A stretch of 64,000 nucleotides of DNA, from positions 3,844,001 through 3,908,000 of the forward strand of contig ML978121.1 of assembly GCA_010015805.1 (NCBI GenBank), read 5' to 3'. The translations under genes were made by a program, and so were the position numbers. The DNA comes from Rhizodiscina lignyota (Eukaryota). Positions 1 to 10,624 of the stretch are shown piece after piece. A model generated the notes under the pieces. It was not told the origin of the DNA. It did no database searches and saw only the letters and a program-made list of their open reading frames with translations. Every line of letters starts with the position of its first letter. The stretch's first letter is position 1.

Positions 1-510
1 AAGACCAAGAGCGCCGTATCAATCAATGGAAAGAACAATCGCCCTACCGTTGCTGCATCAGCAGAGAACGGATACTATTTGGCTAGCGTATCTGAAGAGG
101 TCACACCAGATGCAGATGCCGAGGTGAACAATGGGTATATTATGGCTTACTTTAAAATGTACGCACCGCTGACCGTCTTCCAGCGAGACTGTGATCGACG
201 CCGTCGCCTCCAAAGAATCATGGGACAAGCTTTTCGCAAAGCGCGCTGCGCCGTTGTGCGAGGGCCATAGCGAACCGTGCATCACTCTGCTCAGTAAGAA
301 GAAAGGCTTCAATTGTGGGAGGAGCTTCTGGATATGCCCCCGGTAAGTGCGCTAATCCCGTGTCTTTGGATTGTGGTCGCCATGTGACGGAACAAGACTG
401 ACGTGTCGTTGACGTGCAGGCCTCTTGGTCCGTCTGGGAATAAGGAAGTTGGAACGCAATGGCGGTGTCGGACGTTCATATGGTCAAGTGACTGGAACGG
501 GAATGGATGA
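1..510 (+). CDS. APN2: AP endonuclease 2 (DNA lyase), 3' end with zf-GRF domain; partial
   Basis: Not in the ORF track. Removing introns 135-183 and 343-419 gives ...ETVIDAVASKESWDKLFAKRAAPLCEGHSEPCITLLSKKKGFNCGRSFWICPRPLGPSGNKEVGTQWRCRTFIWSSDWNGNG*, the fungal Apn2 GRF zinc-finger C-terminus. APN2 is the classical MAT flank. Confidence 0.93.
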
Positions 511-1622
511 GCGGCTACTTGCTGCTATGAGGGAAGAGTTTGATGCGGACAATGTGCGGTATCATGATCTGGAATGACGGTGATGCCAAGTATCCAAAGC
601 CCGCGGCTTGGTGGGAATTAAAGAACAGGTGTCAACGTCTAGTCAAGATCAAAGAGCCAATAAGTCCCAAACGACATTTTGCTGTATAAATGCGGCATCA
701 ATTGCCTCCTAAATCTCGATATCAGCTACTAGTATTACTGAGGTTACCATCATCTAGCACAACAAAGGGTAACTACTGCTCGAAAAGCTGTAATCACGGA
801 AGTCTTCTGGCGGCCTCTCTCGACAGGATTGACTCCAATTATACCGGCTCGAGAATAAAGTATTTGGCCGCCGGGCAAACTCTCACACCCAAACTCGAAC
901 AGTTCTTATTCTTCGAGGTAGGCGATAGCACATCGAGAAGCTCACTTCTGAATTCCCTGGAGTACATATAACAGTACGAGTCTGTTGAAAAACTTGTACA
1001 CTATATTAGACACAGAGGCTATACATCGAAGCCTCTGGGGTAAGCTTTAATAGCCAAAGCCGAGTTGCTCTTTCTCCTTAAGTAAAGATACCATCGCTAG
1101 ATCTTCGGTTCTACGTTCTTTGGAGTGTGTACTTCTTGGTTGTTCAGTATCTTGCAGGCTATGATTAACTGGTTTGTCGCCATCGAAGCAGCCCGCACGC
1201 AGGAATGGTGGATTGAATTCATCACCATACCGACGACAAAAAAATAAGATTGCGATACCGGAGATTGGCAACAATAGGTACTTAGCTAGCGTGTTTTTCG
1301 CGTTTTCTTCTTCACCATAACAACAACAACATTGCCACGGCCGCGTGAGGAACACTTCACTAGCGCGTTGGCCACGAGCCCACAAATTCTCTTCCCGAAA
1401 ATAAACGAAGCACCACCTCTCATCTTCTTTCTTCTTCCTACACTTCTTCCACCTCACGCCTTGTTATCCACTGCTCATCGCCAAGGCTCTCTCTAATGGC
1501 TGAGAACTCTGCCGGCCATCCTCCTGCGGGAGGTTTTGCCTCTGATGACCCACTTTGTTCGTGTTCCCTTTGTTTGGTTTTCTGTTTTCAGCTTGCTAAT
1601 GCTCATTTCAGCTGTGGCGAAC

Positions 1623-2706
1623 ATGTCGGACGAGGACTATGAGAGACTGTACTTGAGTCAGTTCATTCCGGCAGAGTGGCTGCGCGAATTCCGCGAGCGT
1701 TACGATGGCACACCAGCCGCCGACGCGCCATCGAACCGGAAGAATGAATCGAGCGCCAATACGAAGTCAGACATTGGAAAATCATCCGACGTTGACGCGC
1801 AACCGAGCGATCAGGAGGATTCGAACGTCGATGTGGATCACAACATGGTTTTGGACTCGCAGGAGTTCCAAAATTTGCTACTCCCGTTCGGGGCTTACCT
1901 TGAACGTCGGCTCCGACCAAGTCAACGCGTCTCGAAAGAGGCAGCGGTAAAGATGGACCATGAATTCAGTCTCATGCTCCGTACGGTGATAGGTGCTGCC
2001 AAGGAGCTCCTCAAGTATCACGATGAGGATCCACTATCGATCGAGATCCTCGGGGAAACATGCTCCTACATTGAGAACTTAGTCACCTTGCGCGAGGAGC
2101 GCTCCGATGCGGTGTGGAAGTCTCGTCTTGAGGTTGCGGACATTCGCTGGGCCAGAGAGGTCGAGAGGCTAGAAGGCATACATGGCAAGGGCAAGATCAA
2201 CTTCGACAAGTTGAGGGACAACCCATTGAGTGGCTTCCACGATGAAGGCGCTCCACTCGTGTTGCTTCCGGAAGGTCTCCGCCACCCGCGTTACATCGTC
2301 ACGGCGATACCCCCAGGTGAAATCTCGATGCTCGAGAAGCAGTTCCAGGAAGAGGAGAGCATGGCAACTGCTCTTGGCATCCCGTACCAGAGGCCCTTCA
2401 ACTTCCGGCAGGCCGGCTTGCAGAAAGTCGTTGTGAATGGCGAGGCACGTCAACACATCATGGTACGTAGCGCTTGCACAACATACTCGACGTCATACTA
2501 ACATGATTCAGATGCGTATGCCCAGCGCGCATGTGCCCAATCAAGACTTTGAGGTGCCCGGAGGACCGCACAGCAACTTTGACCACCTCAATAGGCTGCT
2601 TGCGCGTCTCGAGGGACAAGTACCCAGGCAAGGCCCCATGCCCGTGGATATCCCGGTCATGCTAGTCGTGAGGCGCAATCCAGATTATGTGCCCACAGAT
2701 GAATAG
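1623..2706 (+). CDS. hypothetical protein (~344 aa) inside the MAT region
   Basis: ATG 1623, long open frame, phase-0 intron 2463-2511 (GTACGT...TACTAAC...CAG) joining in frame to a second exon ending TAG 2706. No recognisable domain. Confidence 0.75.
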
Positions 2707-3106
2707 TTGGTTGCCCTAATGAGGCGGATGGGGTCAAAGGGTGTACAAGATAGATGAAAGCAAGAGTATAGCAATGAAATAATTAAGGTGCAGAACAGTA
2801 TAACTTCAACCAATGCACGCCTGTGACTATGAGCGCTATTTTAACTCACGCATATTCAACAAGACGCAACAGAAGGTGAACAAGGAAATGAGAACCTATA
2901 AAGGAGCTCCAGGGCGTAACTAAACAATGCTTCTAACAACTGAGTACTCCAGGCAACGAGTAAATAAACATAAAATTTACGCGCCACGGCTGGGTCCGGT
3001 TCATAGGTTATACGTGTCAAAGTAGACATAGCTAAAGGTTGAGTACAAAGGTAGAACGAACAAATGAGCTCCAGAGCACAATTTAATGGTCTCTACTCTC
3101 TCCGTA

Positions 3107-3680
3107 TTATAGCAGAACAGTTAGCTAGTACGAGGGTGACGAAATAGTTGAGTCCTATAAAGCTTGAACGTATTCAGTAAAAACGAGGTTTCCTCTTCAA
3201 CGCTAGCAGGAGCATCTCTGAAAGGTCGATAAGTTATATATTAGAGTTCGCCTATCTAAAATGAAGAGGTTTTATAGCAGAGTAGTTAGCTAGTACGAGA
3301 GTGACAAAATAGTTGAGTCCTATGAAGCTTGAACGTATTCAGCAAGAGCGAGGTTTCCTCGTTAACGCTAGCGAGAGTATCTCTAAAAAGTATTCAGTAA
3401 AAGTAAGGTTTCCTCTTCAATGCTAGCGAGAGCATTTCTAAAAGGTATTTAGTAAAAGCGAGGATTCCTCTTTAACGCTAGCGAGAGCATCTCTAAAAGG
3501 TCGATAAATTATATACTAGAGTTCGTCTCTCTAAAACATATAGCTTCAACGTATATAACTTATATTAACTATCGAGGATATACATCCTCGTAGTTCTATA
3601 TATTGTAGCCACGACTCAATTATTTTGTCACCTACTTAGCCAGATAGCTACGATTAAACTAAACTTAGTAATTACTACCC
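3107..3680. mobile_element. degenerate repeat / MITE-like relic with RIP-like divergence
   Basis: Duplicated ~150-bp block and about four copies of a ~56-bp unit (GTATTCAGTAAAAGCGAGGTTTCCTC...CTCTAAAAG) differing mostly by transitions. GTGACAAAATAGTTGAGTC (3301-3319) is inverted at 3613-3631. A related copy lies at ~43325-43540. Confidence 0.6.
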
Positions 3681-4392
3681 GTCTTTACTAAATAACTTGC
3701 GTCGTACGTAGGCTTACTGTTGCAGTGTTGCACTATTCGGATTCGCGCACAGAACGGAATATCGTGTCTTGTGATATAGTATGTACGTGTTCAAACTCAG
3801 ATATACAGCTTAATATAGACCAATCAGAAGGCAGGAAAAGCGCACAAACAGTAATCTGAAACGTATATTCAAGAATTGAAAGGCATAAGGCTAAGCTAGC
3901 TGTGAAACCATGAATTGGTACGCGATCAATCGCGATGATTTTTCGCGATATCAATAACTAATCAATAACTAAAATAGAATTAGGAAAGCGGCTATTATCT
4001 AACCTAAGGACAATTCCTTCCAGCTAGCTTATTGCCTCTTTAGGCCGCCCACCCCATCGAAATCTTCGACTTTTTGGTAATGCGCCACTTTGCACTTCTA
4101 TAATAACCGCCTACGGCCGAAATTCGAAAAAAGCGCTCCATTTGATTTCAAGTCAAGCCTTCCTACGCGTATTTACTTACGTTTTATAACTATATAGGCG
4201 CCGGTTGTAACGGTCTACTCTTTTGAAATTCCTTCGTGCGCCCGGCGTCACGTGATTGCCGTATATCTTCGAATTTTAAATATTACCTCCTCTCTCTCTA
4301 CAACAACTCACTCGCTTCAACTACAGCTATCTTAGTAGGTTAATCTCAACGTATATATCACGCGTATAAGCTTACTTTTAACGTAATAAGTA

Positions 4393-4810
4393 GCGAGCAC
4401 CGAATAGCGAGCCAGCGAGCACCGAAACAGCAGGCACTCAAGCCAGCCAGCGAGCGCCCGAGCGAGATAGGCACCGAAACAAGCCAGCCAGCAAGCGCCC
4501 GAGCGAGCCACAGGCACCCAAGCCAGCCAGCGAGCACCGAAATAGCAGGCACTCAAGCCAGCCAGCGAGCGCCCGAGCGAGCCACAGGCACCGAAACAGC
4601 AGACACCCAAGCCAGCCAGCGTGCGCCCGAGCGAGCCACAAGCACTCAAGCCAGCCAGCGAGCACCGAAGCCAGCCAGCGAGCCCATAAGCACCGAAGTA
4701 GTAGGCACTTAAGCTGGCCAGTAAGCACCGAATAAGTAGGTATAGAGGCACTGAATGAACAGGTGCAGAAGCACCGAATGCGCAGGCAAAGGCACCGAAT
4801 AAGCATACAC
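4393..4810. repeat. GC-rich, T-poor minisatellite
   Basis: Repeated AGCCAGCCAGCGAGC(G)CCCGAGCGAGCCACAGGCAC and CACCGAAA units embedded in AT-rich flanks. Confidence 0.85.
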
Positions 4811-5727
4811 TTAATGAATTCAATATCCCGTTCACGTCGCGTGCCTTATAACTAATCATATCGCGTGACCATAATCACGTGACATTACCCTCTTCCCCTA
4901 ACACGAAGCAACGCGTGTGGGCATAGGGACTGCAACAGAAATAAAGATCGAAAAATCAATGACTAAGCGCTGAACCCTAACCCTGATCACGTGTTAAGCC
5001 CAAACAGGAAATAGTTCCCGAGCTTCCGCTTGAAATGCGCGCACAGAAATTCCCACACAGCTCAAGGCTTGAATGCTAAGGAGATATTGAAACCTTCATA
5101 AAAGCACCCTTTTTTAATGAATTACAAGGCATCTTGCATATTATTCAGGCAGAAACCCCCACGTGGGCCAAAAATGGCCAATGAAAATCTCTCTCTTTCA
5201 CAGAAATTCCACCACAGCACAAGAACCCAAACTTCAAGCTCCGAAGCAAGCAGCTTTCCCGTGTCAGTAGTAGTGATAGTCCAGAGGTGAGATACATTAA
5301 ACCTAATTTCGGCATGCCTCGCCAACAAGTCGATGGCCTCACAGCTTCAAAAAGTTGGGGAAGAACATTGGTGGATAATCATCCTTTTATTTTTCTATAT
5401 ACCTAGAAGAGAGCTTCGTGTATTCCGTAACCCGCACAACCCGCACAATTCTGCAAAAGAAGTAAGGAAATAGAAGGTTTGCCGTGATGCGCCAAAGGGA
5501 AAATCCAGAAAATCCAGAACAATCCTCCATCATTATTGTCTCTTCCACAATCTGTGAGAACCTCCATCGAGAACAAAGCCAACAATCCAATACCCAAAAT
5601 ATGAAAAGGAAAAGAAGGCCGGCATCAGTGTCGACATAATCATGAATTTTTGTCGAATGTAGACAGGGCCGGTGTCGTAGGAGCAAAGAGGCTTGACCGA
5701 ATCAATTCAGCTCAGGGTAAGATCGGT

Positions 5728-7083
5728 TTAGTTGAAGATACGGGGGTCGATGAAATAGTCCTCTGGGCCGCCGTCGAGATTCCCTCCCATGAAATCGCCC
5801 TCCAAGACAGACAACTCATCGACGAGCTGGTCGTGGCGGTCAGTCTCCATATCGAACGCTTGTGCGACGGAGAGAGGATTCGCTGGGTCGAAGTTGGTAA
5901 GGCCAGGGGAGTGCACATATGGTAGGAATCCATCGGTTCCCATTGCATAAACAGTCTGAGCATCATTTTGGGATGCTTGTAGAGCACTGTTCGCAGTCGT
6001 CGCAAATGAGTCAAATCCGCCGATGAGCCGGTTCTCAAAGGAAGCTGCGCCGACGGGATCGACATCCGCATTGATGTTGTTGCAAAGAGCATCAATCACC
6101 TCGTTCGAGCCATCGTATGGCATCATGGGGAATTCGAAACCGTTTCCGTCAGCTGTCGCGGGGCATGGTGGCGGAAGCCCTGCATGAACCATTTGGAGAA
6201 CTTGGGACCCGTAGACGTATCCAATGGGGTCGAGAATCTCAGCGGTATCAGTGGTTCCACCGTTCGAGGCTGCTGTGGCAAAAGCAGCTTTGCGCTTGGT
6301 CGCTCTTCTCTTCTTTTCTCCTGACTTCCTTGGCTGATAGTGGTAGCCTGGGTGGCGAGCTAGATGCTCGGTCTTCACTTCCATCGCCTTCGCTTTCCAG
6401 CTCTCCTTGACCGTCTCGCTCTCGTTTTGCCACTGACGTCCAAGGATAACAGCTAGAGTCTTGTCAGTCAAAGGTCTACTTAGAATATGGCCGAATACAC
6501 TTACAGATCTCGTTGTTATGCAGATGAGGGTTTGCTTTCTTCAGGTCCGGGTGATGCTTCTGGCGATACAGGATGAAGGCGTTTGGAGGGCGAGGGACCT
6601 TGGATTGGGCCTTCTCTGAAGCTCGAGACACTCCATTTGGAGGTGGAGACGCAGAAGAGGTGGAGGAAGTGGACTTGATGGCAACGATGCCGGCAAGTGC
6701 CAAACTGTTAAGGGATCGATCTTGGATGGCTTTAAGCCGAGACATCGGAATTCCAGCAGGAAGGAAGGGCTGAGGCGGAACGTAGGACGGAGGGATTGGA
6801 ACAGCTCTGCCCGGAGATATGGTTGCCCAGTGTTCCTTGTAGACGATCTCCAATGCAGAAATGCGCATGTGGCGGCTGCTAAAGTCAGTTGCAGCTCAGA
6901 ATTGGGATTAGAGAAAACATACGTGAAGTAGTCCTGAAGAACCGCAGCTCCATCATAGCCAACCAACTGTGTAGGAAAGGAGACTTGATTGCGGTCATTT
7001 GGCAGCTGTCTCATCAGAGCGCCGAACCAAAGGTTGTCAACAAGAGTTTGTTTTGCCGGGTTAAGAACGATGTTGGTCGCCAT
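5728..7083 (-). CDS. MAT1-2-1: mating-type HMG-box transcription factor (~419 aa)
   Basis: Exons 7083-6923, 6878-6505 and 6452-5728. HMG box KVPRPPNAFILYRQKHHPDLKKANPHLHNNEIS|VILGRQW...HPGYHYQPRKSGEKKRR has the intron in the conserved Ser codon. Linked to APN2. Confidence 0.95.
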
Positions 7084-7475
7084 TTTGGAGTGTACTGTTG
7101 AAGATGGAAGCGTAAAGTGAAGAAAAGCTTGGAGAGTTGCTGTTGCAAGCTGGTGAGTTTCGAAGAGTTGGAAGATAGGAAGGATGGAGGACGAGGAGGT
7201 AATCGAGTTACTCCATGGCCTGCAAATGTGGTGGCTGGAATGGCCCCAGTGGTGTGTTGAGAAAACCCAGATTGTTTTCGAGGTGAAATGGTGATTGTTG
7301 TGAGTGCTCCATAAGTTGCGACGTCGGCGCGACAACCAACCTCCTCCACCTTAGTTAGACTTTGCATCACAACACAACACTTTGCCCGAACAAAACTTCA
7401 AATAGTGCACAAGACTATCTTCATCACTTAAAACCTCTTCAAATCCACCATCTGAATTCTTGCATCCCAGCTACA

Positions 7476-8452
7476 ATGCCATCAGAGGGTGAGCCCAGCT
7501 TTATGGCAGAACTGCGAGAGTTGAGGCGCCTTTTCGAACAACACAGCCGCCCTGATGACGCTGAGAGCTCTTCAGGTGAACCGCCGCCGTCGAATGACGC
7601 CCGCATGGGACGCAAGGTCACGATCCCTTATGACGTTAGAATGGATGCGGAGGCCCTGAAATTGCTCGACAAGTCGTACGCTGAGGAGCAGCGCGTAATC
7701 AATCAGCTGTCAGCCGGGTTCGACGACCCTGTTCTCGGTCCTCTCCACGCTGGTGTCTTCAAGAACTACGGAATCGATGACGCGAGGCCGTTGAGGATGA
7801 TGGCCATCAAGGAGGCGATTGGAAGGTGAGCCAACGAAACAGATATACCTTCTGGCACAAAGAAAATTGACTGACTTACCAACGCAGCGAAACTGATATC
7901 GCGGCAAAACAAGCCGGCTTGATCGCCGAGGGGCCCTACGTCAAGAACGTTCCCGTGGATGCTCTCAACCTTCTCGAACAGTTCTTTGAGGACAACCCAA
8001 ACCCCAACCCCGCTGAAGTGGCGTTGCTTTCGCGAGGAACGAGAATGACGAGAGCAGATGTTAACGCGTGGTGTAAGTTTCCCCGTCAGAATCTTAATAG
8101 AGGAGTTTTGTGCAAGACTAACATGATACATGTTCCAGTCGTGTGGAAGAAGAACTCAATCCTCCACGTGGAGATGGTGGAGAAGATGGCGCTGGCAGAT
8201 ATGAAGAAGTCCTACGAGAATATCAAGACCGCCATGGCTCTAATCGAGGCTAAGAAGGAGGCGAAGGCACAGGAGGAGAAGAGGGCGAAGAATGCAAAGA
8301 AGTACGCCAGAAAGAAGGCCAAAAAGCAGGCGGAAAAGCAGGCCAAGCGCGAGGCCGAAGGAGGCGAGACCGAAGGAGGCGAGACCGAAGGAGGAGAGGC
8401 TACAGAAAGCACTGGCGAAGAACAGGATGAGGAGAAAGACATGTTGTCCTGA
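7476..8452 (+). CDS. atypical homeodomain-like protein (~282 aa), MAT-associated
   Basis: Exons 7476-7825, 7888-8072 and 8139-8452 with GT-AG introns and CTGAC/CTAAC branch sites. Spliced ALNLLEQFFEDNPNPNPAEVALLSRGTRMTRADVNAWFVWKK matches homeodomain helix spacing. Lys-rich coiled coil and acidic tail. Confidence 0.75.
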
Positions 8453-10624
8453 TGTTGTCTCAGGGCCCAATACATGAACGGGACCGTCTCGGCTGGAATG
8501 TGGGAGCTTTGTTCTCCCACAAGAAAGTGCACAACCCACACGGCCGCAGCAAGCATTGCTTCTTTTCTTTGTTTCCCTTACCGGCATGGAAGATGGGTCT
8601 CTTCCTCTATTCAACAGGGCGACGGATACACATGAAGTCAGGGCAAGGCATGGAAGGATCCGTCGCGGCGTCGCGGATAAATGTCTCACCCGTCCGCTCC
8701 TTTAGTTTACCCTAATCCCCCTGATTTTCCCATTTCCTCTCTCTCCTAGCTTATACTCTACAAAAATTGACTCCTTTCCTTAACTACATGCTCTCAAGAT
8801 GGTGCAGGTACGTGCTGTCCACGCAGATGAGATCGTTGTGTGCTCCAACGCGGCTTTGTTCCCTCCGCTGTCCGAACGCGACCGTAGCGACCTTAAGCAG
8901 TGAAAGCATGCTTACGATGTCGAACAAAGGCTCACGTGCATTCAGCCGTTCTCAATCAAGAGAATGATTGGGAGGTAAAAGATCCAATCTCATCCACCTT
9001 GCCGAGACAGCATCTGTGGATGCATCGGTCAGTTAGGATCTATTCAGAGAGAGAAACAATGCGCAACCTCGACAATGGCATAAACGGACCAAATTTCAAC
9101 TCAATTCTGCTCTCAAAATCATTTAAACTATATTCTTATCCATTGCTATTGACTTGTGATTAATTTTTTTAATCATCTTCTCCGTTTTATGTATCTTACA
9201 TAAAACGAAGCGTCGCATCCGACCTTCTCCCAGACGGTCATCTCCTTTTAGAATATGCCCTGTAAACCTTCAAACCTTTTCAGAAAACCCCCTGCTCGCA
9301 TCTGAGCCTTTCGAGAAAACTAGGGTGATCCATAACTACCATCTTCCGATAATGTCGAAGGCTGGTGCCTCACGCGGCCATTTCAGGCACAATAGCCCAG
9401 CCTCTGAATAGTGGCAGGCCGGAAGCTCCGACCCCTCCAGCCTCCCCAGCCTCGCCATTATCGTTTTCAGAAAACCTACCCGCCATCCGTCAAACGTTTT
9501 GGGAAAACCTCCTTGCGCAGTCGAACTCTTTGGGAAAATCTCTGCTCGGGAAGGCGCCATACCTGATTTGGCATCTTCGGGTCTTCTAGGCGGTCGAGGT
9601 CTTTTCTCAAGCCGGTTGAAGCAACTACGGGTTTCGAAAGAGTGTCAAGCATATCTTGGCACAAGAAACAGTAGATAAGTCCATCCATTAAAGACATCAA
9701 GATAATTCAAAGTTCCCTCCAAGAAATCAATACAGAGAGCTCCATGGTACTGCCAAAAGACCAGACGAACGCCACCCTCTTATACATTTCACTCGGTCTC
9801 TCAAACGCGCTGAATCTCGCCTAGCGCTGCTCGCCGCCCTCCCAACCCCTCTAGCCTCCGACCAACCACCCCGGCGCCTCCATTGATCAAACACCAACAA
9901 TGGCAGGCTGGCACCAGCCATTCTGTGGGTGGGTAACCTTCCCAGCCTCCCAGCCACCAGGCTTTCGGCGCTTGTTGACCAGGAGAGAGCATGCACCTGC
10001 CACTCTTCCAGCAGCTTCTACCAGCCTCTTCGCCAGCCTTTTCCACCAGCCATGCGAGCGCTCGATTGGGAAAACGGACAACTGCAGCGCCGTTTGTGCA
10101 AAATCTGAGGTTTTCGGGTGCCGCTTGAGGTAGTCCGGCCATAATCATGTTGGGAGACGATGAGACGGGCAGGCGGCGCCTTGATGGATTAGAAGCGCAG
10201 AATACCCATCATGCTTGTATTCACGAGACAAAATGCGATTTACATTACAACCAATTCTCTGTGGGCGTCTTCTTTTGCTTAGATCATTACGCTTTCGTCG
10301 CTATGCGAACCTCAAACTCCAATGCGCACGGACCACGCTCCGACGGAAATCACAGAAGCCGCAAATCCAATTCCAAAGGTCATAGGCATTAGATATCACA
10401 GACTGTGAGGGAGAAGCATTCATTATCCCTCACTCGAAAAGAATAGAATTACACTAATCTAATCCTGTTGTTCCAGATAAATCCGCGCGGTGCCGGTGGC
10501 ATCTCGTGCGATTCAATGCAAATACTCCCCCTTCCTTCCAAGTCTCCAGTGCCCAGAAAACGCCATCGCCATGATCCCACTGCTCAGATGTATCTCACCA
10601 TCCTTCTCAAGCTGTTGCAGTGCA

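Noticed and set aside
3107..3500. Regularly repeated units as a CRISPR-like array
   Set aside because: Eukaryotic DNA, contiguous tandem units without unique spacers, and no cas genes.
4332..4859. Minus-strand ORFs of 175, 122 and 64 aa
   Set aside because: Artefacts of the minisatellite, which has few stop codons on that strand.
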